The notes below the pieces were generated by a model that saw only the letters and a list, made by a program, of their open reading frames with translations, had not been told where the DNA came from and did not search any database. A stretch of 64,000 nt of DNA, taken from a virus. Shown here piece by piece: positions 28,733 through 39,015 of this stretch (position 1 is its first letter; every line of letters begins with the position of its first letter). A program made the translations under genes and the position numbers. The stretch lies in the IMG/VR virus record IMGVR_UViG_3300022753_000060. One strand, 5' to 3'.

Positions 28733-29279
28733 TAATTTATACCACGCATATCATGGATCTAATGCAGAATTCGACAGATTTGAGCAGCAATTCATTGGAG
28801 CTCATGCATTAGGGCATGGATTTGGCTTTTACTTTACAGACGAAATTAATCAAGCTAAAAGTTATGGTGATTATGTTATAGAAGCAGATTTATTAATTAG
28901 AAAACCATTTTCAGATGACAGTATAACTATAGCTAAAAATCAAGTTAAAAATTATATTAGAAAATATGTAGATCCTATTGGAAAAGATTATTTATCTAAC
29001 TATGGTTGGTATGAAGATGAAGGTTATGAAAATGTTTTAAATAATTGTGTAGAATCTTTATTTGCATATAACAATAGTGATAATGATATTATTAGTGAAA
29101 TATTGTTTAATGTACAAAATAAATATACTGATGAAGCTTATGATGCTATATTTGAAATATTTGGAAAAGATGGAATTATATATCAAGGCTTTTCTGGCTG
29201 GCAAGGCGAACCTTTAACAAATTATTTAGTTTATAGCAATTCACAAATATTAAATAAGAAAAAAATTAAGGTGAGATAA
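28707..29279 (+). CDS. hypothetical protein
   Basis: 190-aa ORF, RBS tttaggagacg. Confidence 0.45.
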   Translation: MKFLKEEINNLYHAYHGSNAEFDRFEQQFIGAHALGHGFGFYFTDEINQAKSYGDYVIEADLLIRKPFSDDSITIAKNQVKNYIRKYVDPIGKDYLSNYGWYEDEGYENVLNNCVESLFAYNNSDNDIISEILFNVQNKYTDEAYDAIFEIFGKDGIIYQGFSGWQGEPLTNYLVYSNSQILNKKKIKVR

Positions 29280-29280
29280 T

Positions 29281-29733
29281 ATGAGATATCAACAAATTTT
29301 AGATTGCTCTATTGCAGATGGTGAAGGTGTCAGAGTTGTTTTATTTGTTACAGGCTGTTCACACTACTGCAAAGGCTGTCACAATCCAGAATGTTGGGAC
29401 GAGACACGAGGTAAACTATTTACAGAAGAAACCAAACAAAAATTATTTGAATTATTAGATAGAGATTACATAGATGGGATTACATTTAGTGGTGGGGATC
29501 CATTTTATCCAGGAAACAGAGATGAAATTGTAGCTCTAACAAAAGAGATAAAAGAAAAATTTCCTAGTAAAACTATTTGGTTATATACTGGTTATTTGTA
29601 TGAAGACATGAAAAACTTTGGTGTATTAAATTACATAGACGTTTTAGTGGATGGGAAATTTGAACAAGATAAAAGAGATATTACATTACCATTTAGAGGT
29701 TCCAGCAATCAAAGAATAATAAGATTAAATTAA
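29281..29733 (+). CDS. nrdG: anaerobic ribonucleotide reductase activating protein (radical SAM)
   Basis: GCSHYCKGCHNPECW Cys cluster, FSGGDPFYPGN; 150 aa. Confidence 0.8.
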   Translation: MRYQQILDCSIADGEGVRVVLFVTGCSHYCKGCHNPECWDETRGKLFTEETKQKLFELLDRDYIDGITFSGGDPFYPGNRDEIVALTKEIKEKFPSKTIWLYTGYLYEDMKNFGVLNYIDVLVDGKFEQDKRDITLPFRGSSNQRIIRLN

Positions 29734-29809
29734 TGTATTAAAAGATAGAGAAATCAGTTTACTTCTCTATCTTTTTATTATATAATATATGATATAAAGA
29801 GGTGTTAAT

Positions 29810-30142
29810 ATGTTTATAGAAAAAGTAGAATTTAAACAAGATATAGCTTATGTATATGTAGCAGGATGTAGTAATAATTGCAAGCAATGCAGAAAGTCAC
29901 CGCCAAAAGATAATAAGAATTTTAAGTATTTAGATATTAAAAATACATTAATATCACAAATAAATAATAATGATATCTGTCAAGTTATAATAACAGGTAA
30001 TGACCCTTTATATTGCGGTAATAAAAAAGATTTACAAGATTTTGTGAGATCAATTTCTGTATTTAAGATCTCTATTATAAGCAAATATAATACTAACTGG
30101 TTTAACAATGAGAAACATATTGAGATTGTTTCAAATGAATAA
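29810..30142 (+). CDS. NrdG-like degenerate paralog
   Basis: VAGCSNNCKQC and ITGNDPLYCGN parallel the NrdG motifs. Confidence 0.35.
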   Translation: MFIEKVEFKQDIAYVYVAGCSNNCKQCRKSPPKDNKNFKYLDIKNTLISQINNNDICQVIITGNDPLYCGNKKDLQDFVRSISVFKISIISKYNTNWFNNEKHIEIVSNE

Positions 30143-30216
30143 TTTTATATAAATATATTCAAAATCGGTTTGCTTTTTGTTAATGATAGTATATAATTAT
30201 AATATAGGAGGTTAAC

Positions 30217-30594
30217 GTGATAAAATATAATATGAATCCAAAAGGCATAAAAGCTGGTGACTGTGTTATTCGTGCGATAGCTTATTCTCTAGATCAAACC
30301 TGGGAAGAAACCTATGATGATCTCTGCAAACTTGGAATGAAGATGAAAAGAATGCCGAATGAAAAACAAGTGTATGAAAAATACTTAGAACAAAAAGGTT
30401 GGGTAAAGCATAAGCAACCTAGAACATCATTTAATACAAAATATACTGTATTTGAATTTATAGAGTATCAGATGGAGAGAAAAGCTATTATTTCAGTCGC
30501 TAATCATTTGACATGCGTCGATAATTTTGAATTAGTAGATACATGGGATTGTTCTAGAAAATCAATTGGTAATTATTGGACAAAGGAGGACTAA
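30217..30594 (+). CDS. hypothetical protein (GTG start)
   Basis: RBS ataggaggt 7 nt upstream of GTG; 125 aa. Confidence 0.45.
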   Translation: MIKYNMNPKGIKAGDCVIRAIAYSLDQTWEETYDDLCKLGMKMKRMPNEKQVYEKYLEQKGWVKHKQPRTSFNTKYTVFEFIEYQMERKAIISVANHLTCVDNFELVDTWDCSRKSIGNYWTKED

Positions 30595-31008
30595 ATGAAA
30601 AAACCTAGAGTGCTAGATGCTTATTTAAAAGAATATCAAAGAAAATTAAAAGAAGCTAGAGCTAATAAAAAAAGAAATAAAGATAAGCTATTTACTTTAA
30701 CCGAAACTTCAATACAAACTATATTGCAAAATAATATAAAAATTAAATATCCAGAGATTTCATTTAAAGTAGATAAATCTATATCCACTAATAGTTATTA
30801 CATAATGTTCTTTTATGGTGATAGATATGTAACAACAAGAATTAGTGATCATGAATCAAGAGTAGGGGCATTAGGAATCGTAGTTACACCTGATACAACT
30901 AAGAAAGAAGTTATTCAAGTTTTAGAGCAGCGCGTCATTGATTTAAAGTATAAATATAAAGCACATTTATTTAATAAATTTAAAGAAATAGAAAAGGAAA
31001 GAATATGA
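30595..31008 (+). CDS. hypothetical basic protein (ends at TGA 31006-31008; 4 further sense codons if read through)
   Basis: 137-aa ORF; ATGA overlap with next small ORF. Confidence 0.45.
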   Translation: MKKPRVLDAYLKEYQRKLKEARANKKRNKDKLFTLTETSIQTILQNNIKIKYPEISFKVDKSISTNSYYIMFFYGDRYVTTRISDHESRVGALGIVVTPDTTKKEVIQVLEQRVIDLKYKYKAHLFNKFKEIEKERI

Positions 31009-31169
31009 AAAAACAATACATAATATCTTTTATAGATATTAATACAGGTTTACTAAGTTTTAATAAAAAATATGAATCCAACAGTAAGAAAGAAGCTTGT
31101 ATTAAATTTAAACAAGATTATCCATATTGCCAAATTATTACTGTATCTAAAATAGAGGTGAGTAAATGA
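31005..31169 (+). CDS. hypothetical small protein
   Basis: 54 aa; ends TGA then AAT TAA. Confidence 0.3.
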   Translation: MKKQYIISFIDINTGLLSFNKKYESNSKKEACIKFKQDYPYCQIITVSKIEVSK

Positions 31170-31387
31170 AATTAAAAGATTTAGAAAGACTTCTTAGAGG
31201 TAGCGTGAAATTTAAATTGCAAGCTAGAGTAGAAGATAGAATAGAAACATTAGATGAGGTATTAATTTATGAAATTAAATATTTGCCTTCTGGATTATTA
31301 AAAAGAGAAGTATTACAGATAGATTTAGATACTAATGTGATTTTCTTGGATAAAATAAATGAAGAGGAGGCAGTAAGAGATATGTAG
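31166..31387 (+). CDS. hypothetical small protein
   Basis: 73-aa ORF. Confidence 0.4.
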   Translation: MKLKDLERLLRGSVKFKLQARVEDRIETLDEVLIYEIKYLPSGLLKREVLQIDLDTNVIFLDKINEEEAVRDM

Positions 31388-31481
31388 AAATTGATTCTTT
31401 GCAATCTGTAGATGATTATAAAGAAAGTTTTTTAAATATTAAATATGAAGATTCTAATTTAATTTAAGGAGATAAGAGAAA

Positions 31482-32528
31482 ATGAAAATTATATTCATTA
31501 TTTTACCATTAATTTTATTAGCAGTAGGAATAACTTGGGCTTGTTTTTCTGCTAAGAATTTGAAAGGACAAAAAGAAGTTGATACTCAAGTTGCTGAATA
31601 TATTAGAGGAAAAAAGACAGTTACATATATTAAGAAACCAAAACTAATTCAATTGATTGCATCAAGCATACTTGCACTTGTAAGTTTCTTTGTGCTCATC
31701 ATAGTACCAGGTAGCTATCATCAGATTGAAGCAGGACAAGTAGCTGTAGTAAAGATTTGGGGTGAAGCTAAAGAAGTTAGAACTCCAGGAATGCATTTTG
31801 ATTTTTGGTTAAGTCATAAGTACGAAATTTATGATACAAAAGTTCAACAGTCGACTATTCAAACACAGGCATATTCTAGTGATGGACAAACGATGGATAT
31901 TGAGTTAGTAATTCAATTTCAAATTCAACAAGAAAATGCAATGAAAATAGCAACTAATTATGGTGGTCTTGAAATGCTACAATCAAGAATTGAAACAGTT
32001 GCTAATGAGAAAATGAAAAGTGTGTTATCTCAAAAATCCGCAATGAAAATAATTGAAACAAGAGCAACTGTATCACCAGATGTAGAAGAATCGATTAGAG
32101 CCGCAATTACAAACGACTATTATGTTAATATCACAAGTGTTGTATTAACAGATATTAGTTTTAGTGATGCTTTTGAAAAAACCGTAGAAGATAAGATGAT
32201 TGCAGAACAAGAAAAAATCAAAGCAGAGTATGAAAAAGAAAAAGCAATTATTCAAGCAGAACAACAACTAGAGGTTGCTAAAAAAGAAGCTGAAGCATTA
32301 TTAGAAAAAGCAAAGAAAGAAGCTGAATCAGAGTTAGTACTTGCACAAGCAGAGGCAGAAGCTCTTGAAATAATGAATGCAACTTGGAATACTTTAACAG
32401 CAGAAGTTAAAGAAGCAATTTTAACTCAAATGGCGATAGACAAATGGGATGGTAAGTTACCTGAAACATTAGTAGGGGATGAATTCCTTAAAGAATTGTT
32501 AGGTTATATTGGAGGTTCAAATGCTTAG
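31482..32528 (+). CDS. SPFH/band-7 (prohibitin/stomatin-like) membrane protein
   Basis: N-terminal TM helix, then HQIEAGQVAVVKIWGEAKEVRTPGMHF (SPFH core), Ala/Glu-rich coiled-coil tail. Confidence 0.65.
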   Translation: MKIIFIILPLILLAVGITWACFSAKNLKGQKEVDTQVAEYIRGKKTVTYIKKPKLIQLIASSILALVSFFVLIIVPGSYHQIEAGQVAVVKIWGEAKEVRTPGMHFDFWLSHKYEIYDTKVQQSTIQTQAYSSDGQTMDIELVIQFQIQQENAMKIATNYGGLEMLQSRIETVANEKMKSVLSQKSAMKIIETRATVSPDVEESIRAAITNDYYVNITSVVLTDISFSDAFEKTVEDKMIAEQEKIKAEYEKEKAIIQAEQQLEVAKKEAEALLEKAKKEAESELVLAQAEAEALEIMNATWNTLTAEVKEAILTQMAIDKWDGKLPETLVGDEFLKELLGYIGGSNA

Positions 32529-32649
32529 TGCATTATTCATAGTATCAGTATGGGTAACTTCTTGCCCACTTTGGTTTAGTATATTAGCTACTTGTTTGTG
32601 TGGACTTGACATATTAGCTGATGTTATAAAAGATCATAAAGATAATTAA
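32521..32649 (+). CDS. small hydrophobic protein downstream of SPFH gene (NfeD-like partner?)
   Basis: 42 aa MLSALFIVSVWVTSCPLWFSILATCLCGLDILADVIKDHKDN; ATG overlaps end of SPFH gene. Confidence 0.3.
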   Translation: MLSALFIVSVWVTSCPLWFSILATCLCGLDILADVIKDHKDN

Positions 32650-32710
32650 TAATTTATACAAAAAGAATGAAATTTAGTTTACTTTTCATTCTTTTTATTA
32701 TATAATAATA

Positions 32711-33139
32711 TTGTATAATAAATTTAGGAGGTATTTTATGACATTATTAGATTCTATAAATGGAGTAAATGTGATTGATGCTCATTATGCTTGGGGCAAT
32801 CCTTATTACTGTAAATTAAATTTAGAGAATGGTGAAACTGTTACAATAACTACCGAAGAAGAGTTTAAAATTTTAAAACAAAAAGAAGAGGCTTTAATAG
32901 CAGAAAGAAAAGAAAAAGAAAGACTTGAGTGGATAGAGCGAGAAAGAAATAGACCAATAGAATTTGGTCAGTATGTAATGTATGTTAGCTATAAGGATGG
33001 CTCTGGTAATGTTTTTGCTAGACATATTGAAAAAGATGAAATTGTTACTGAAAATTCAATAATGGCAGAACTTGAACTTGAATATGGTAAAAAAGTTAGC
33101 AATATTGATTTAGTTCCATTTTCAGAGATGGGGGATTAG
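32711..33139 (+). CDS. hypothetical protein
   Basis: 142 aa; promoter motif AGTTTACTTTT..TATAAT and RBS aggaggt upstream. Confidence 0.5.
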   Translation: MYNKFRRYFMTLLDSINGVNVIDAHYAWGNPYYCKLNLENGETVTITTEEEFKILKQKEEALIAERKEKERLEWIERERNRPIEFGQYVMYVSYKDGSGNVFARHIEKDEIVTENSIMAELELEYGKKVSNIDLVPFSEMGD

Positions 33140-33141
33140 TA

Positions 33142-34230
33142 ATGTCTAATATAGATGAAGTAAGAACTCTAGCCAAATTAGTTGCTGATAAAATTAGAAA
33201 GGATAAATGTATGTTGAATATAAAAGAAATAATAAGTAAACCTGAGTATAGATGGCTAGAAGAATATAAAGATAGATTATGCTTCTTAGTTATATCAGGT
33301 TCTCATGGATATGGTACTAATGTAGAAGGTAGTGATATTGATATAAGAGGAGTTATGCTACCCACTAAAGATGAATTGATTGGGTTAAAAACTTTTAAAC
33401 AAAGAGAAGATTCGAGCACAGACACAACTATTTATGAGTTTAATCAATTTATCAAACTTGCTATGGCAAATAACCCAAATGTGATTGAAATGTTAGGTTT
33501 CAAACATTATCTTATATTTAATGAAATTGGGCATGACTTACTTGATAGTTTACCTTTATTATTAAGTAAAAAATGTTATCAAACATTTAATGGTTACGCA
33601 GTAGCGCAATTAAGAAAAATTGAAAATGCTTTAGCAAGTACTGAATATACTGAAGAAGAAAAAGTAAAACATATAAAGCAAACAATGGATGTTGCTATGA
33701 TGAAACTATCTGAATCAAACAAATTATTTGCAGACGGCTGTATAAATGTTACTGCAGATTTAGATAAACTTTATATTGACTGTAATATAAAACAAGCACC
33801 AATAGACCTAGTAAGAAGTTCTTTAAATGATATATTAACTATAGAAAAAAGTTATAATAAAATAAATCAAAGAAATACTAAACCAACTATGGAAAAATTG
33901 AATAAACATTGCATGCACTTATTTAGACTAATCATAACTTGTTGTGAGATACTAGAGAAAGGTGTATTAAATTCTTATAGAGAAGATGATAGGGATTTTC
34001 TATTGGATATCAGAAATGGTAAGTTTATAAAAGATGGTCATTTAACAGCAGAATTTACAAATACTTTAAATGGATTAAATAAAAGATTACAATTAGCAGA
34101 GAGACATTCTACATTGCAAAAAACACCTAATTATGATGAATTGAATAAATTTGTCACCGATGTAAACAGTAAAGTTATAACTGATACTGTATTAAAATAC
34201 AAAGAACCATTGGAGGAGATCATACTATAA
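33142..34230 (+). CDS. predicted nucleotidyltransferase (Pol-beta superfamily)
   Basis: ISGSHGYGTNVEGSDIDIRGV = GS-x(n)-DxD NTase motif; 362 aa. Confidence 0.5.
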   Translation: MSNIDEVRTLAKLVADKIRKDKCMLNIKEIISKPEYRWLEEYKDRLCFLVISGSHGYGTNVEGSDIDIRGVMLPTKDELIGLKTFKQREDSSTDTTIYEFNQFIKLAMANNPNVIEMLGFKHYLIFNEIGHDLLDSLPLLLSKKCYQTFNGYAVAQLRKIENALASTEYTEEEKVKHIKQTMDVAMMKLSESNKLFADGCINVTADLDKLYIDCNIKQAPIDLVRSSLNDILTIEKSYNKINQRNTKPTMEKLNKHCMHLFRLIITCCEILEKGVLNSYREDDRDFLLDIRNGKFIKDGHLTAEFTNTLNGLNKRLQLAERHSTLQKTPNYDELNKFVTDVNSKVITDTVLKYKEPLEEIIL

Positions 34231-34775
34231 TGAAAGTAGAAATTTTAAAACATCCAACCAAAGAAGATTGGAGATATGTTCGAAAATGTACGCTCAACAC
34301 GGTAGGTAAAACATCTACAAAAGATGCAACGGATGCTTGGAAAGTAAAATTACTTATGGCAGAACATTCACCTATAAGAGAATTATGGTTTGGTATTAAA
34401 ATGGAGATACCTTATTATGTATCAGTTCATCTTGTAAGACATCATATTGGGGTTAATCATTATGTGCAAACACAAAGAGATGATAGAACAAATGATGCAA
34501 CACCAAGAGCAGAAAAACCACAAGGTGCGATTGTATCTCATATTATGTCCATCAATGCACAAGAACTATTATTCTTGGCTCATAAAAGATTATGTAACCA
34601 AGCCTCACCTGAAACAAGAGATGTAGTAAAAGAAATCTGCAGACAAGTAATTGAGGTCAATCCAGAGTTCAAAGATTTACTTGTTCCACTTTGTGCATAT
34701 AGAGGAGGCGTGTGCACAGAATTTAATCCATGTGGTTATAATAAAAAATTTCAAAATAGAGGTACCGAAAAATAA
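34230..34775 (+). CDS. ThyX-like (flavin-dependent thymidylate synthase-like) protein
   Basis: VRHHIGVNHYVQTQRDDR resembles ThyX RHRxxxxxxxS-QR signature; short (181 aa). Tentative. Confidence 0.3.
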   Translation: MKVEILKHPTKEDWRYVRKCTLNTVGKTSTKDATDAWKVKLLMAEHSPIRELWFGIKMEIPYYVSVHLVRHHIGVNHYVQTQRDDRTNDATPRAEKPQGAIVSHIMSINAQELLFLAHKRLCNQASPETRDVVKEICRQVIEVNPEFKDLLVPLCAYRGGVCTEFNPCGYNKKFQNRGTEK

Positions 34776-34966
34776 TGGAGCAGAAGTTTTATGGGCAAGA
34801 GTGCTATTTCTGTGGAGGAGATTGTAAACATCAGATATTTGCAACTCCAGATGGTAGAATTTGTTGTAAAGAATGTGCAAATAAATTACAAAAAGGTGAG
34901 ATGAGTTTAGATCCTAATGTAATAATATTATCTAAAGATGAATATGAAATAAAAGATTTTGAGTAA
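34775..34966 (+). CDS. zinc-ribbon protein
   Basis: CYFCGGDC...CCKEC. Confidence 0.4.
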   Translation: MEQKFYGQECYFCGGDCKHQIFATPDGRICCKECANKLQKGEMSLDPNVIILSKDEYEIKDFE

Positions 34967-35037
34967 ACTAATGAAAAATAGTTTACTTTTCTTTTTCAAT
35001 AATATATAATATTTATAATTAAAGGAGGAAAATAAAT

Positions 35038-35232
35038 ATGTTTCATGATAATTATAAAGTATACCAAACAGGTTTTGGTGAATATGGGGTAGAGGTAGAG
35101 TTTTGGAATTTCATTAGTGAGAAAGTAGAAACTCTTAACTTTGATAAATTAAATGAAGAACATTTAAATAAATTGATTGATTTATTAACCAAACTTGATT
35201 TTGATGATAGAACACCAGATAAAGGAGAATAA
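35038..35232 (+). CDS. hypothetical small protein
   Basis: 64 aa; promoter motif and RBS aaaggagga upstream. Confidence 0.4.
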   Translation: MFHDNYKVYQTGFGEYGVEVEFWNFISEKVETLNFDKLNEEHLNKLIDLLTKLDFDDRTPDKGE

Positions 35233-35235
35233 TAT

Positions 35236-35796
35236 ATGAATTATGAATATAAAGATGAAAATATATATTTAAAATTGATAGAGGGTAATATCTATCGAGT
35301 AAAAGATAATAAAGATGTTAAATTAACAGAAGGCTATCATATACCTTATTTTACTTTTATAACAGAATTTGATGATAAATTATATTTTAAATATGATGAA
35401 AAATCATTTTATTATGATAAAAAATATAATATAATTTATTTTGAATCTAAAAATAAGTTTATCTATAAAATAAATGGTAAAGATGTATCAAAAGAACAAT
35501 TTGAAATTGAATTTCAAAAGCGGGTAGAAACTTATATACCTTACAGTGAATATTGGCCAAAGAAAGAAGATTTAAGAAAAAACTTGCAAGAGCGTAGGGA
35601 GATGTGGTTTCCAACCTATGATAAAAGATATAAAGATAAGTTAGTTATTATCGATAAAGATTACTTTATGGCATGCGAAGAAGAGATACTTGAAATTGCA
35701 AATCTTGTAGAAGAAAATGAATATGATCCAGAAGATAATGATTCACTTAGAATTGCTATTGCATTATGGAATGCAGGATATAGAAAAGGAGAGTAG
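35236..35796 (+). CDS. hypothetical protein
   Basis: 186-aa ORF. Confidence 0.45.
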   Translation: MNYEYKDENIYLKLIEGNIYRVKDNKDVKLTEGYHIPYFTFITEFDDKLYFKYDEKSFYYDKKYNIIYFESKNKFIYKINGKDVSKEQFEIEFQKRVETYIPYSEYWPKKEDLRKNLQERREMWFPTYDKRYKDKLVIIDKDYFMACEEEILEIANLVEENEYDPEDNDSLRIAIALWNAGYRKGE

Positions 35797-35797
35797 T

Positions 35798-36148
35798 ATG
35801 AAAAAGAAAGGAAGATGCTGTTTTTGCAATGTTGAATATGATAATTATGGAAATGACATAAGACCATTAATTACTACTTCTGGAGATAGATGTTGTGATA
35901 AATGCAATGTATTAATTGTAATTCCAAATAGAATTAAATTCTGGTTTACAGACATGTATATGTATGTTATTAAAAATAGAGATACAGGTGAATTTATAAA
36001 TGAGTATGGTTTAGGTACAAATTACACTAATATTGCAGATCCTACTGTATTAAAATTTAAAACAGAAGAAGATGCTCAACATCATATCGATATTGACCAA
36101 TTATTTAATTGTGAAATTGTTAGATTAATTGTAAGAGAGGACGATTAA
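35798..36148 (+). CDS. Cys-rich zinc-binding protein
   Basis: ORF track 35717, but ATG 35798 follows RBS aaaggagag; CCFCN...CCDKC. Confidence 0.4.
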   Translation: MKKKGRCCFCNVEYDNYGNDIRPLITTSGDRCCDKCNVLIVIPNRIKFWFTDMYMYVIKNRDTGEFINEYGLGTNYTNIADPTVLKFKTEEDAQHHIDIDQLFNCEIVRLIVREDD

Positions 36149-36149
36149 T

Positions 36150-37421
36150 ATGGAGATAAAATTACCAAAATATGTTGAATTACTAATAAACATGTTAAAT
36201 GAAAATGGTTATGCAGCATATGCAGTTGGTGGCGCTATTAGAGATTCTATATTAGGTATTGAACCAAAAGATTGGGATATAGCAACAAGTGCTTTACCTG
36301 CTGAAACAAAGAAACTATTTGAAGATAATAGTTTTCACAAGAGTGATATGGATATTTATTTTAAAGTTATTCCAACAGGAGAAAAATATGGCACTATGAC
36401 TATTGAAGTTATAGAAAAATATAAATTAAATAAATATGAACATCTTGCAGGTATTTATGAAATAACCACATTTAGATATGATAGCGATTACACTGATGGT
36501 AGAAGACCAAATAATGTAACTTTTGGTGAATCTATTATAGATGATTTAGATAGAAGAGATTTTACTATGAATGCTATTGCTTATAACCCATTAGTAGGTA
36601 TAGTAGACCCACATAATGGTGTTGAAGATATTAAAAATAAAATAGTTAAAGCAGTAGGAGACCCACAGGTTAGAATAAAAGAAGATGCTTTGAGAATTTT
36701 AAGGGGCATTAGATTTGCTTGTAAGTATAATTTTGAGTTAGAGAATGCAACAAGCAATGTTATAGCGGGTACTGGTAGTCTCTTAAAGAATGTATCAAAA
36801 GAAAGAATTACTGAAGAAGTTAAGAAGATATTAGAATATTCAAAAGGTAATTCTGAAACTTTAAATTCAACAATAGAAACACTAGCAGAGATATTTGAGA
36901 TACCTCAAAACAAAGTAAGTAAATGGGGTAGTAACCAGGTCATCATAGATATAGATAATGACAACCCACCTATGTTAAAGTTGTATTCAATATTGAATAA
37001 GTATAAGTCAATGATAGATGCAGAAATTTGGATGAGGTTATATAAATATAGTAACCAACAAATCAAAGAGGTTATTAGCTATTATAAGATGTCAAAGTTT
37101 ATGGAAGATGTTCAGCAACAAGATATTGTCCTAACAATCAAGCAACTATTCAATAAATTTGAACATGCATACGTATGCAAGTATTTGGGTATTTACACAA
37201 AAATAGAAGGAATAGATTTGTCAGAAATTACAAGTCAACCATATAGATTACAAGACTTGGCAATAGATGGGCACTTTCTTCAATCTACATTTGATATAAG
37301 TGGTGAGAAGATAGGTAAGGTTCTTAATTTCTTATTAGGCAAAGTTATGGAGAATTCCCAACTAAACACAATAGAAACTTTATCTGAAATTACAAGGAGA
37401 TACTTAAATGGAGAAAATTAA
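36150..37421 (+). CDS. cca: CCA-adding enzyme / tRNA nucleotidyltransferase (class II)
   Basis: AVGGAIRDSILG...DWDIAT (GGxxRD..DxD head), RRDFTMNAIAY; 423 aa. Confidence 0.7.
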   Translation: MEIKLPKYVELLINMLNENGYAAYAVGGAIRDSILGIEPKDWDIATSALPAETKKLFEDNSFHKSDMDIYFKVIPTGEKYGTMTIEVIEKYKLNKYEHLAGIYEITTFRYDSDYTDGRRPNNVTFGESIIDDLDRRDFTMNAIAYNPLVGIVDPHNGVEDIKNKIVKAVGDPQVRIKEDALRILRGIRFACKYNFELENATSNVIAGTGSLLKNVSKERITEEVKKILEYSKGNSETLNSTIETLAEIFEIPQNKVSKWGSNQVIIDIDNDNPPMLKLYSILNKYKSMIDAEIWMRLYKYSNQQIKEVISYYKMSKFMEDVQQQDIVLTIKQLFNKFEHAYVCKYLGIYTKIEGIDLSEITSQPYRLQDLAIDGHFLQSTFDISGEKIGKVLNFLLGKVMENSQLNTIETLSEITRRYLNGEN

Positions 37422-37818
37422 GATATATGCTGATGGTGCTTGTAGAGGAAATCAATTTGCAGAAAACATAGGTGGTTATGGGATAGTGCTTCAGTACCAA
37501 GATCAATATAAAGAACTAAAAAATGCTTTTCGAAATACAACTAATAATAAAATGGAAATTTTATCTGTGATAGAAGGGTTAAAAGCATTAAAAGTATATG
37601 ATATTCCTATTGAAGTATATTCAGATAGCCAATATGTAGTTAGTACAATTAATTTAAATTGGAATAAAAAAGCTAATTTAGATTTATGGGAAGAACTGTA
37701 TACATATATAAATAAATTTAAAGATATTAGATTCATAAAAGTAAAAGGACACTCAGATAATGAATTTAATAACAGGGCAGATAAATTAGCAAATGAAGCT
37801 ATGGATGCTTTAAAATAA
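37408..37818 (+). CDS. rnhA: ribonuclease H (type 1)
   Basis: IYADGACRGN, NNKMEILSVIEGL, VYSDSQYVV, KVKGHSDNEFNNRADKLA (D-E-D-D residues in order). Confidence 0.8.
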   Translation: MEKIKIYADGACRGNQFAENIGGYGIVLQYQDQYKELKNAFRNTTNNKMEILSVIEGLKALKVYDIPIEVYSDSQYVVSTINLNWNKKANLDLWEELYTYINKFKDIRFIKVKGHSDNEFNNRADKLANEAMDALK

Positions 37819-37831
37819 AAGGAGAGAACAA

Positions 37832-38389
37832 ATGATCTATAATAGCATTTATTTGAATAAAAAACATGAAAAAGTTTGTAAGGAATTCTATAAAAGGTTT
37901 GCTTACGGTGAACAATATTTAAGTTTGAATCATATTGGTGAAATAGAAGAGATGCCTAGAGATTATTATTGGCAAGAAAGAGAGGTATATAATATAATAT
38001 TACCTTATATAAATTTACTTAAAAATAAAGGGGTAAAGGATAAAGATTTATATGGCAGATATGGATTTGTATCTCTAGTATATAACCTACAAGTAGCTTA
38101 TAATAAAGTTAAAAATAATGCTTTAACAATTATAAATAGATATGCTTTCCCAACTGCTCTAATAGAAGATGGTTCAGTTGATATCGATAGCTTAGAAGAA
38201 GAGGGATTAGCTCCAGGGAAAATCTTAGTTTATAGACAAGGTGCTCAAAAACCAGATACTAGTCAGGATTTCTTAAAAACAGATATTTTATTTTCATTAT
38301 CTACTTATGAAGAGCACCTGGAAACTGAAATGCGTAAAATGTATGATTTATTCTTAGAAGGATGGTATAAAAACAATGAGAAAATATAA
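37832..38389 (+). CDS. hypothetical protein
   Basis: 185-aa ORF. Confidence 0.45.
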   Translation: MIYNSIYLNKKHEKVCKEFYKRFAYGEQYLSLNHIGEIEEMPRDYYWQEREVYNIILPYINLLKNKGVKDKDLYGRYGFVSLVYNLQVAYNKVKNNALTIINRYAFPTALIEDGSVDIDSLEEEGLAPGKILVYRQGAQKPDTSQDFLKTDILFSLSTYEEHLETEMRKMYDLFLEGWYKNNEKI

Positions 38390-39014
38390 TAAAATTGAAG
38401 CAATTTATGCAAGAGATGAAGAAACTAAAAAGACTATAGATAAATATAGAAACCCAACTATAGAATTTTTAAAAGATTTAACTTGGCAATTTACTGAAAA
38501 AGTGGATGGTACTAATGTTAGAGTTCATTGGGATGGTCATAAAGTAACGTTTGGTGGAAGAACAGATAATGCATCAATGCCTGCATTTTTAGTAAATAGA
38601 CTAAATGAATTATTCGGTGGTAATGCTAATGAAGAACTATTTGAACAAAAATTTGGTGAAATGGAAGTAACCTTATATGGTGAAGGATATGGACCTAAAA
38701 TTCAATCAGGTGGAGCTTATAGAAATGATGTAGATTTTATTTTATTTGATGTTCAAATAGGAGATAATTATCAACCAAGAGAATCTGTAGAAGATATAGC
38801 GAATTACTTTAAATTAGATATTGTACCTATTTTATTTGAAGGTCCATTAAGTAGAGGGATCAACTATGTTAAAACAGAAAGAAGAAGTGCTATAGCAAAG
38901 AATGGGCACTTGATTGAAGGACTTGTTGCAAGACCTAAATTTGAATTGAAAGATAGATGCGGGAATAGAATTATTGTTAAAATAAAATATGAAGATTTAA
39001 AGGATATATTATAA
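38376..39014 (+). CDS. ATP-dependent RNA ligase-like adenylyltransferase (Rnl2-like nucleotidyltransferase domain)
   Basis: Motif I EKVDGTNVRV (KxDG), III DFILFDV, IV HLIEGLVARP, V KIKYEDLK; 212 aa. Confidence 0.5.
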   Translation: MRKYNKIEAIYARDEETKKTIDKYRNPTIEFLKDLTWQFTEKVDGTNVRVHWDGHKVTFGGRTDNASMPAFLVNRLNELFGGNANEELFEQKFGEMEVTLYGEGYGPKIQSGGAYRNDVDFILFDVQIGDNYQPRESVEDIANYFKLDIVPILFEGPLSRGINYVKTERRSAIAKNGHLIEGLVARPKFELKDRCGNRIIVKIKYEDLKDIL

Positions 39015-39015
39015 T

